A stretch of 45,400 nucleotides of DNA from a virus. Its lineage: Duplodnaviria > Caudoviricetes. The notes under the pieces were generated by a model. The model had not been told where the DNA came from. It was given only the letters and a program-made list of their open reading frames with translations, and ran no database searches. Of this stretch, positions 37,956-45,400 are shown one piece after another; the first letter of the stretch is position 1, and every line of letters begins with the position of its first letter. A program made the translations under genes and the position numbers. Location of the stretch: positions 1 to 45,400 of the IMG/VR virus record IMGVR_UViG_3300049982_000010. One strand, 5' to 3'.

Positions 37956-38282
37956 AGCGGGGAATAGAGCTAGCGTATTTCTCCCTCCCCAGATTGGAAA
38001 TACGCAAGAGGTTACCGCTGAACTCCTTCGAGGAGACAAAAGGGCTCTTATGCTGGGTAGGAGGTTAGGCCCAGCCCTAAACTTAAATAGTGTAAAGCTA
38101 GATGGGCCGTTGGCAGCCGGGGTAACAGGGATAAAGGACCAAAAGCTGATCTCCTCCCTCCCATCCTTAAAGGTCCGATTATTAGTGGTAAGGCGTGGAC
38201 ACTAGTATTTCGGAATGTAGCACCGATACCCGCATCGTGTGCTCCCTGTAGACGCGTGGCCAAATGTAATCCCGTCTACAGG
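37956..38282 (+). ncRNA. candidate multi-hairpin RNA with C-rich loops preceding the tRNAs
   Basis: Stems GCGTATTTC/GAAATACGC, CTCCT/AGGAG, GCTGGG/CCCAGC, GGACC/GGTCC, CCTGTAGACG/CGTCTACAGG; no plausible plus-strand ORF. Confidence 0.45.
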
Positions 38283-38286
38283 TCAA

Positions 38287-38360
38287 GCTCCGTTAGCTCA
38301 GTTGGTTAGAGCATCCGACTTTTAATCGGAGGGTCCAGGGTTCGAACCCCTGACGGAGTA
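38287..38360 (+). tRNA. tRNA-Lys (UUU)
   Basis: Cloverleaf; anticodon arm TCCGA-CTTTTAA-TCGGA; GTTCGAAC T-loop. Confidence 0.95.
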
Positions 38361-38372
38361 CTTATAATTAAA

Positions 38373-38444
38373 TATCCTATAGTGTAACTGGCAGCACTTC
38401 AGGTCTTGGTCCTGACAGTCTAGGTTCGAATCCTAGTGGGATAG
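38373..38444 (+). tRNA. tRNA-Gln (UUG), atypical C33
   Basis: TCAGG-TCTTGGT-CCTGA; acceptor TATCCTA/TGGGATA-G. Confidence 0.85.
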
Positions 38445-38465
38445 CTTGATACGAGGAGGTGAAAG

Positions 38466-39233
38466 ATGATTAGTAAAGTAGTTCTATTTATCGGAGGACC
38501 AAAGAATTATCAGACTGAGGAAATCACGCATCCTCAGACTTACCTTCAAGTGCCAGAAAAAATCAATTCATTTGTAGGATTAGGTTCGGACCACCCTTTT
38601 GCTGCACAAGAGCCTAATTACAAAGTAGTTACATACAGACTTGAGAAGTATCGACCTGGGCCAACGATTACTATTCCTCTGTATGTTGCACAGGGGTATG
38701 AAACAGAACATGCAAGTCAGCTCGCAGGAGAGTACTTCTATCAGTTGATGCTTAATCAGTATACTGTAAATAAAGTGGCTGAGAAACAGGGTAAGTTTGG
38801 ATTAAGTCAAATTTTAGTTTCTCCCACAATACCTTCTTTTATACAAGAGTTATATGAAGAAAAACTAGCACCCTCTTTAACAGAGCAAGAGTGGTATAAG
38901 AATGCTCTTGGATCAAATTTCAAATCACTTACTACGCTTAAACAGGAATATCTAAAAGCTCTTGTTCACATAAAAGAACAGGGAATTACTTTCGGTCCTT
39001 CGTCTACAGGAAAACAAGTACAGGTAAATGGTGGATCAGTTCTAGGACAGCTCACTAAACTCTTTCCTCAACTTGCAACGGTTAGCAGTAGTTGCCCTAG
39101 CAAAGACTGTGGTGCTATGGGTAGAATTGCGGAGTTAATTCAACACCTTAATGATATCCATCATTGGAAAATTGAAACCGACATTGCAGACTGGTTAGAG
39201 AGTCTAGATATTAAATTCGAGGTGAAAGCATGA
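38466..39233 (+). CDS. hypothetical protein with C-terminal C2H2-type domain
   Basis: GAGGAGG RBS; CP..DC...HLNDIHHW..IADWLE. Confidence 0.75.
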   Translation: MISKVVLFIGGPKNYQTEEITHPQTYLQVPEKINSFVGLGSDHPFAAQEPNYKVVTYRLEKYRPGPTITIPLYVAQGYETEHASQLAGEYFYQLMLNQYTVNKVAEKQGKFGLSQILVSPTIPSFIQELYEEKLAPSLTEQEWYKNALGSNFKSLTTLKQEYLKALVHIKEQGITFGPSSTGKQVQVNGGSVLGQLTKLFPQLATVSSSCPSKDCGAMGRIAELIQHLNDIHHWKIETDIADWLESLDIKFEVKA

Positions 39234-39454
39234 ACGAGCGAAAGACTATTGATGACACGGTGGCAGCGCTTCGTGAGCAATTGCGAGAGATTGAGCTTGA
39301 TGTTTCTACTGAAGGTATTACTCTTTCTCAGTTGATGCGTGAAGGAACTCGCGTAACTGAACAGGCTGTTGGTGGTTGGGGAGATGGAGTACATACGGCT
39401 TGCGCTCTGACTTCAGCTCTTATTGCTGCCAAAGCTCATAAGTTGACTGACTAA
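39230..39454 (+). CDS. hypothetical protein
   Basis: ATGA overlap; GAGGTG RBS. Confidence 0.7.
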   Translation: MNERKTIDDTVAALREQLREIELDVSTEGITLSQLMREGTRVTEQAVGGWGDGVHTACALTSALIAAKAHKLTD

Positions 39455-39531
39455 TAGATGTAACTAGTTTGTCCTGAGATCGGGACTCCGGACGATTAAC
39501 TAGTGAAAGCCTATAGGTTTGCTATAGGTGA

Positions 39532-39604
39532 GGTCCCGTAGCCCAGCGGCAGAGGCAACAGACTTAAAATCTGTAAAGCGTGGGTTCGAATCCCACCGGG
39601 ACTA
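39532..39604 (+). tRNA. tRNA-Leu (UAA), bldA-equivalent anticodon, short variable arm
   Basis: ACAGA-CTTAAAA-TCTGT; acceptor GGTCCCG/CGGGACT-A. Confidence 0.92.
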
Positions 39605-39637
39605 CTAAATTGAATCGTAATAATACAAGGAGAAACT

Positions 39638-40225
39638 GTGTTGCTTACTCCATCTTCTAACACCAAAGAAGAACAGCTTCAGACGATCTACCAAGCATAC
39701 GCAGTAGATCCTACTTTTAACTCTCTGAAATCTGAGGGAGTTAATTTCGTTCCAGGACAAGGGCCCTTAAATGCTAAAGTTATGCTTATTGGTCAATCTC
39801 CAGGTAAAGTAGAGAACGAGAAGCGACGTCCATTCGCAGGACGAAATGGTAAGAATTTAGCTGCTCTCTTTGAAGAGACAGGATTTCACGTAGAGCAGAC
39901 CTTTCGTACAGAATTAGTTAAGTACTGGCCTAAAAGTTCTACTCCCCGTAAAAGAGAACTTACCCATACAGAACTTCAAACTTCTTTGAATTATCTCAAA
40001 CAGGAGATTGACGTTATCAATCCTGTTTTCATTGGTCTTATGGGTCGAACTGTTCTTAATGCATTCTATCCTGAGATTGATCAAATTTATCCGGTGCTTG
40101 GGGGAGTGCTTGATGGAAAGTATGTCCCATTGCATGATCCTTCGTACGTAATGCACCGTGCCAATCGATGGCCTATTGTTCGTAGCGGATTTGAAAAGTT
40201 GGCGAGGTTAGCTATCAATGCCTGA
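39638..40225 (+). CDS. divergent family-4-like uracil-DNA glycosylase
   Basis: VPGQGP.NAKVMLIGQSPG..E....PFAG..G, P..I.LMG, HDPS; no Cys. Confidence 0.8.
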   Translation: MLLTPSSNTKEEQLQTIYQAYAVDPTFNSLKSEGVNFVPGQGPLNAKVMLIGQSPGKVENEKRRPFAGRNGKNLAALFEETGFHVEQTFRTELVKYWPKSSTPRKRELTHTELQTSLNYLKQEIDVINPVFIGLMGRTVLNAFYPEIDQIYPVLGGVLDGKYVPLHDPSYVMHRANRWPIVRSGFEKLARLAINA

Positions 40226-40472
40226 ACCTGAAACTAATGAACACACGGAACTAGAAGAACCCCGAGCTACGTATTATGTAGTGGGCAAGCAGTGGTATGT
40301 AGAGATTATAGTTCCTCATCCTGATTCTGCTGAACAGCCTCCACAGTCTATGACCTTCCCTGTAGACAATGAATGGTGGGGTTTCTTTATTGCAGACCTA
40401 GTAGAGTCAATGTCAATTGAACACTGGCAAGCTCTCATTCAGGATAATTATAAGAAGACCAGTTTTAAGTAA
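40218..40472 (+). CDS. hypothetical protein
   Basis: GAGG RBS; overlap with the upstream gene. Confidence 0.65.
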   Translation: MPEPETNEHTELEEPRATYYVVGKQWYVEIIVPHPDSAEQPPQSMTFPVDNEWWGFFIADLVESMSIEHWQALIQDNYKKTSFK

Positions 40473-40479
40473 TACTATA

Positions 40480-40553
40480 GCCCCTGTAGCTCAGCGGAAT
40501 AGAGCAAGAGCTTTCTAATCTCTAGGTCACTGGTTCGAATCCAGTCAGGGGTA
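40480..40553 (+). tRNA. tRNA-Arg (UCU)
   Basis: Anticodon loop TTTCTAA; acceptor GCCCCTG/CAGGGGT-A; GTTCGAAT. Confidence 0.92.
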
Positions 40554-40580
40554 CAGGTCTACAGGTCTACAGGAGGACAC

Positions 40581-40820
40581 ATGGCATATGAGTATAGAGT
40601 AGATATAGAATCTTTAGAAAAGTTGTCTGAGAAACAGCAGAATTACTTAAAACAGCAAATATTAGAATTAAGTACTATTTTTAACAAAGTGTCTGTTAGA
40701 TTTTGGGATTGTACTGGCGACTGTACAGAATGTTGGAACTGTAGAAGGGATACAGAAGATAATGTTTCCAGGGTTAAGTGCGATTCTGTTCCTGATTGCG
40801 TTTGTGATGGAAATTGCTAA
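40581..40820 (+). CDS. hypothetical protein with Cys-rich C-terminus
   Basis: AGGAGG RBS. Confidence 0.65.
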   Translation: MAYEYRVDIESLEKLSEKQQNYLKQQILELSTIFNKVSVRFWDCTGDCTECWNCRRDTEDNVSRVKCDSVPDCVCDGNC

Positions 40821-41030
40821 GTTCAGCCTTGGGCCCGTGAGTCCACTGGCTGTTGCATTCTTAGGCTTATTCTTTCTCGCATTAGGTGGCGTTCCTGTTG
40901 TGGTTAATGCTGTGTCTCGCAGGAGTTAAAGTATACTGGTGCTTGGACTGCGTGAGGTTTATGTCGGGGGATCATTCTGTAGCGGCACAGGTCGTTGGCC
41001 TGCCGTTGGCAGAGATAGGATTTACGATAA

Positions 41031-41380
41031 TATGGAACAGAGTGATCTTGCGCAGTTTAGGTTTTATGAAGGCGACAGTGAGACAGGGGCACCGGGAGGA
41101 TTGATTTGTAATTACTGTGAAAGTAAAGTTATTAAATGGTATGAAATTGGAGTGGTTCCTAATCTTCTAGAGCTTATGGAAGATGCAGCAGCTCACTTTG
41201 CACAAGTCCATAGGACATCTAATGGATCCTAGTAGCTATAAACAATTTGAGACTGTCTCTGATGATCAACCTTGTCTGTATTGTACTAAATGTATGTGGA
41301 GGCACGGCGACGCTGCACTATTAGACACACTCGATTTAATAATTATGGCAGCAGACCTTCACTTAATGGTATGCAGGTAA
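41031..41380 (+). CDS. two small related Zn-binding proteins (about 41031-41232 and 41222-41380)
   Basis: Both show QF...L.C..C...L.LM/I..A..H; starts uncertain. Confidence 0.5.
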
Positions 41381-41392
41381 CTAGGAGTCTGA

Positions 41393-43153
41393 ATGTCTGA
41401 TCCTCTCGAAGAACTTGGACAGTTCTTTGATACCATTTATGGGGATCAGGTCGGTTATGCCTACAGTCCCACTAAAGTCTATCAAGAAGACGGTAAGGGC
41501 AAGTTTACTCGCTACTTCTTTCAATGGCCCTATCAGCGTGAAGACTTAGTAGCCCACTGTCTAGAGCATTCAGGTTCAGTAGAAGTCTATTATTCTCCAG
41601 CTTTGTTCTCTCGTGAAGGAGCAGAAAAAGAGGACTTTCTAGGCTCTAACTTTGTATGGTGTGATTTCGATGGGAACGCCCCTGTAGACTTGCAAGGCAT
41701 TCCTGAGCCTACGATTAAAATTCAAAGTTCAGATGATAAGAATCAACACTGGTATTGGAAACTAGATCACTTTGAGAAAGATATCTCTGTAGTTGAAAAT
41801 ATATCTCAGCGAATTACTTATCAAGGCGAAGCTGATTTAGGTGCTTGGAATGCAAACAGAGTACTCAGACCACCTCTGACGGTCCACCAGGAGTCAGCTA
41901 AGCTCGTTTCGGTACTGCGGTGGGGGTCTGAGTCCTACGCTGTTCCTATCTTTGGTGAAATTCCAGAGTTACCTTTAGCTGATTATGTTGCAAATGCTGA
42001 AGACTTTGATAGAATTCCTGGACCTATTGAAGTAATTGCTAAGTATCCGTGGACTCGTGAAGATTTTCTTTTCTTTAGTCTTAAAGAACTTCCTCCTAGA
42101 CAAACTTCAGTAGGTGAACTTCCAGGTGATAGATCAGGAGCACTTACTAAACTCGGACATATCTGTGTTGAATTGGGTATGTCAAACTCTGAAGCATTTG
42201 CAATTCTTCTCCACGCTGATAATAAATGGGGTAAATTTAAAGGCCAGCGTCGACAGAAGAAGATGCTTATTTCTATTATTAATTACTGTAGAAGTAAACA
42301 TGCAATTGCTCCAGTAGAGCAAGAAGTTGATAATCCTTATCGAGTATTTTCATGGGATGAATTCAGGGCACATGATGTAAAGATTGATTGGGCTGTACGG
42401 GACCTTATTCATAAAAAAGGTATTCTCACGCTCAATGGCCCACCTGGGGTAGGCAAGTCACAACTCACGCTCAGATTTATGGAAGCTATGGCAAAAGGAC
42501 AAGATTTTCTAAAATGGAAAATCGATAAGCCCAGTCGTATGCTTTTTTTATCACTTGAGATGCCACATGAAGAGATAGACTACTTTCTTAATGTAATGCA
42601 AATGGAAGAGACAGACATATTTAGAGAGAATGTGTTTATCTTTCCATTTGGATCTACCATGTCTTTTCTGAACGTAGAAAATCAAGCTAGAATTCTAGAT
42701 ATTGTACGGAAAGTTAAGCCTGATGGGATTATCATTGACTCATTAGGTGCAGCAGTGGGTGGAAATATCAGCGATGATGAAAAAATTCTTAAGTTCTTCC
42801 ATTTCCTAAAGTTTCAAATTGCCCGGCAATTCGGCTGTTTCTTTTGGATTATTCACCACCCTCGCAAAGGTCAAGTGGGTAATAAGATAAATGATAAACT
42901 TGATGATTTGTTTGGTAGTACATATATTGCTGGTCAATCTACTACTGTAATGAGTTTATTTCCAAAGACAGGTAGCCTTGAACTCACTAACCCTAAACTT
43001 CGTATGGCTCCAGAGTTTAAACCTCTTAAATTAAGACGAACTCCTAATTTGGATTTCAAATCTTTTGAGGGTTTGACTATGTCTAAAGAAACAGCTAATG
43101 CTTCAGTTGAAGAAATCTTCGGCGGTCTAGGTGGTTTAGGAGATTCAATATGA
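41393..43153 (+). CDS. primase-helicase (RepB-like primase plus RecA-like helicase)
   Basis: WCDFD, QSS..NQHWYW, RVLRPP; GPPGVGKS, LSLEM, IIIDSL, IHHPRK. Confidence 0.9.
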   Translation: MSDPLEELGQFFDTIYGDQVGYAYSPTKVYQEDGKGKFTRYFFQWPYQREDLVAHCLEHSGSVEVYYSPALFSREGAEKEDFLGSNFVWCDFDGNAPVDLQGIPEPTIKIQSSDDKNQHWYWKLDHFEKDISVVENISQRITYQGEADLGAWNANRVLRPPLTVHQESAKLVSVLRWGSESYAVPIFGEIPELPLADYVANAEDFDRIPGPIEVIAKYPWTREDFLFFSLKELPPRQTSVGELPGDRSGALTKLGHICVELGMSNSEAFAILLHADNKWGKFKGQRRQKKMLISIINYCRSKHAIAPVEQEVDNPYRVFSWDEFRAHDVKIDWAVRDLIHKKGILTLNGPPGVGKSQLTLRFMEAMAKGQDFLKWKIDKPSRMLFLSLEMPHEEIDYFLNVMQMEETDIFRENVFIFPFGSTMSFLNVENQARILDIVRKVKPDGIIIDSLGAAVGGNISDDEKILKFFHFLKFQIARQFGCFFWIIHHPRKGQVGNKINDKLDDLFGSTYIAGQSTTVMSLFPKTGSLELTNPKLRMAPEFKPLKLRRTPNLDFKSFEGLTMSKETANASVEEIFGGLGGLGDSI

Positions 43154-43272
43154 CAGTAGAGCAAGCTATTGAAGAACTTAAGGGCGTAATAGATCGTTTA
43201 GGTCTCGGTGAGAACGATCCTATAGTCATAGTAATCACCACACTTGAGAAATTACTTCAGGACAGAGAATGA
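43150..43272 (+). CDS. 40-aa hypothetical protein
   Basis: ATGA overlaps at both ends: MTVEQAIEELKG...DRE*. Confidence 0.6.
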   Translation: MTVEQAIEELKGVIDRLGLGENDPIVIVITTLEKLLQDRE

Positions 43273-45026
43273 GCTATCTTACGGAAGATGACTTCGATGC
43301 ATATCTACAGGGGATGAGACAGGCTCCTAGGCTTACCGTTGACACTGAAGGAACTCTTAGACATCCCTTCTCTCAAACATGGGGTGTTAGTACGAGTGCG
43401 TTCGGTGTTAATGAGTATTTCGCATGGTATCATCGAACCGGTACTAATCTTCCGTTAGACTGGCTTCCGAGACTTTCACAAGTAATTGAAAACCACCCTT
43501 GCTTAATTATGCATAATGCGAAGCACGATCTTAAAGCCTTACGTAATCTTGGAATTAATTATAAGGGCAAGTTCTACGATACCATGCTCATGGCTCATAT
43601 GACCAATGAGAACTTCCTTTCTAAGGAATTAGACTTCCTGAGTCGTCATTTTGGGGGAGACCCTAAGAAGCGCTCAGACGTTATGAAAGTTATTATTGAT
43701 AAGTTGGGCTGGGAGCACGTTCCTGTTAAACTAATGAGAGAATATGGAGCGAACGATGCTTTCATTACTGAAGCTCTATTTGAGTCTCTATACCCGGACT
43801 TTTGCGAGCAGGGATTTGATGGCGATCTGTGGGAAATCGAGCAGAAATTCGTCAGACTATTATCTAAAATCGAGGATAACGGCGTACTAATCGATCAGGA
43901 TCTATCAATCCGCGAACTCGAACGCGGTGAGAAGATTATGGCTGAGATCCGAAATGAGTTAGGATTTAATCCTTCTTCCCCTGTAGACCTCGGCAAATTT
44001 CTGATTGATGAACTTAAACTCCCTATGGTTAAAGCTACTAAGACTACTAAAAAATTACCTAGGGATCAGCAGAAACCATCTTTCGATAAAGATGCAATGG
44101 AAGTTTACGATGAACTCCTCGCACGAAGAAATGATAAAAGAGCCCGACAAATTCTTATCTACCGAGGCTGGCAGAAGACCACATCCTCCAATTATCGACC
44201 CTACCTCGAACTTTTGGGGCCAGATGGTAGACTCCGACCTAATTTCAAAATTCATGGAACCCATACGGGGCGTCTCTCTTGCGAGAAGCCAAATCTCCAA
44301 CAGATTCCCAGGGAATCCCCAAATGACTGGAACGGCAGGCTCAAGGAAGCTTTTATCACCGAAACAGGTAGACGAGCTTTCGAATTCGATTATTCACAAC
44401 TTGAATTTCGTCTTGGTGCGGCTTATGGGAAGGTTTCTAAGCTTATCGAGGTATTTAACGATCCAGGGCAAGACGTCTTCTCTAAACTTGCCGCTGACAA
44501 TGGACTCTCTAGACAAGATGCAAAAACGCTTAATTATACTCTCCAATTTGGTGGGGGCGCACAAAGAATCTCTGAAGTCTTTGGCGTCTCCCACGGAGCA
44601 GCAAAAGCCATCATCAACAAATATTACTCTGAATACCCAGGATTAAGAAAAATTGCTCTCTTAGCTCAAGCTAGAGCCATAGCAAATGGTTATGTACAGT
44701 ACTGGACCGGCCGACGTAGGCACTTTCAGTACGAAGAAGACTGTCGTAAAGCCTTCAACTCAGTGTGTCAGGGTGGCGCATTTGAGATTGTAAAGCGTAA
44801 AATGATTGAGCTTGATGAAGCTGGTTTAAATAACGATGAATGTAGAATGGAATTGCAGGTACACGACTCGGTACGATTCAATATCGAGGAAGGCAAAGAA
44901 TCGACTTATCTACCGGAAATTAAGAGAATTATGGAAGACATTACAGAATTCGGTGTCAAATTTAAGGTAGATTGCAAAGTCTGGGCTAAGGATGATAAGA
45001 TTGATGTGGCTGCACTAGCTGCTTAA
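43269..45026 (+). CDS. polA: family A DNA polymerase (3'-5' exonuclease plus polymerase)
   Basis: DTE, HNAKHD, Y...DA, TGRLS, PNLQQIP, DYSQLEFR, R..AK..NY, VHD. Confidence 0.95.
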   Translation: MSYLTEDDFDAYLQGMRQAPRLTVDTEGTLRHPFSQTWGVSTSAFGVNEYFAWYHRTGTNLPLDWLPRLSQVIENHPCLIMHNAKHDLKALRNLGINYKGKFYDTMLMAHMTNENFLSKELDFLSRHFGGDPKKRSDVMKVIIDKLGWEHVPVKLMREYGANDAFITEALFESLYPDFCEQGFDGDLWEIEQKFVRLLSKIEDNGVLIDQDLSIRELERGEKIMAEIRNELGFNPSSPVDLGKFLIDELKLPMVKATKTTKKLPRDQQKPSFDKDAMEVYDELLARRNDKRARQILIYRGWQKTTSSNYRPYLELLGPDGRLRPNFKIHGTHTGRLSCEKPNLQQIPRESPNDWNGRLKEAFITETGRRAFEFDYSQLEFRLGAAYGKVSKLIEVFNDPGQDVFSKLAADNGLSRQDAKTLNYTLQFGGGAQRISEVFGVSHGAAKAIINKYYSEYPGLRKIALLAQARAIANGYVQYWTGRRRHFQYEEDCRKAFNSVCQGGAFEIVKRKMIELDEAGLNNDECRMELQVHDSVRFNIEEGKESTYLPEIKRIMEDITEFGVKFKVDCKVWAKDDKIDVAALAA

Positions 45027-45046
45027 ATTGAAAGGATTAAGAAACA

Positions 45047-45273
45047 TGGCATCGAATCTTGAATGTACAATTCTTGAGGGTGAAAGTATTAACCCGGACA
45101 ACCCTAATCCGTGGCAAGTTACTATGCAATTCTTTGATCAGAATCACGAGTTAGTGCGGCAGTGGGCAGTAGATGCCCCCAGTGAATTAGTCGCTAAATC
45201 TATTCAGGCAGGATTGCAGAGTCTCAGTAGTGTTGATTATGACAATCTCTACAGTGAGGTTACGGTTCACTAG
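45047..45273 (+). CDS. hypothetical protein
   Basis: ORF between polA and the resolvase; AAGGA RBS favours the MASNL start (start approximate). Confidence 0.55.
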
Positions 45274-45400
45274 TGTCTAACGAGTATGCCTCATTTGATC
45301 CAGGAAAGCGGACAGGTATTGCTACCTGGACGTCTACAGGGGAGTGCACTCAAAAAACTGTATTACTTCCTGATGAGTTAGAACTTTTCCTTGAGGGAGT

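Noticed and set aside
37374-38263. Antisense ORFs 37374-38039 and 38048-38263
   Set aside because: Shadows of the SSB gene and the hairpin region; no RBS or protein-like features. The same applies to most short alternative-frame ORFs in the track, such as 44005-44646.
37956-38282. tmRNA, extra tRNA or known self-cleaving ribozyme
   Set aside because: No T-loop/acceptor ends, tag frame, hammerhead core or clear HDV-like fold found by eye.
38287-40553. tRNAs as attP integration sites
   Set aside because: No tyrosine or serine integrase recognised anywhere in the genome.
59-43989. Dispersed motif as a CRISPR array or mobile-element ends
   Set aside because: Only 9-12 bp, irregular kb-scale spacing, both orientations, no transposase or cas operon; the Cas4-like gene sits in a standard exonuclease-Sak4-SSB module.
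45274-45400. Terminal repeat as a biological DTR
   Set aside because: 127 nt equals a common k-mer size and the junction falls inside the resolvase gene; most likely assembly overlap.

Overview
The window is an apparently complete ~45,273-bp circularly assembled tailed-phage genome: bases 1-127 repeat exactly at 45274-45400. It is AT-rich (about 40-43% GC by eye) but has actinobacterial hallmarks: WhiB, a GH25 endolysin, SigA/HrdB-type promoters and DasR-type boxes. Left arm (minus strand, 24306 to 1468): terminase subunits, HNH, portal, scaffold, capsid, podovirus-type adaptor/nozzle, ejection proteins, lysis genes and whiB. Right arm (plus strand): early genes, HTH/AraC regulators, SNF2 helicase, Cas4-like exonuclease/Sak4/SSB, four tRNAs, a UDG-like protein, primase-helicase, PolA, a RuvC-like resolvase and a MazG-like enzyme. 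I saw no integrase or obvious immunity repressor. Main unexplained signals: (1) an asymmetric motif GGTCTACAGGGG with at least 28 exact 9-mer cores, mostly inside genes and once inside a promoter spacer; (2) an in-frame CTT-TAG-CTT in the tail nozzle gene that would restore a GGLN motif if ribosomes hop the stop; (3) three DasR-like operators in the divergent control region; (4) tRNAs for TTA/AAA/CAA/AGA only, with three early/replication genes I read avoiding TTA, CAA and AGA; (5) two candidate structured ncRNA loci. All calls were made by eye, without database searches.
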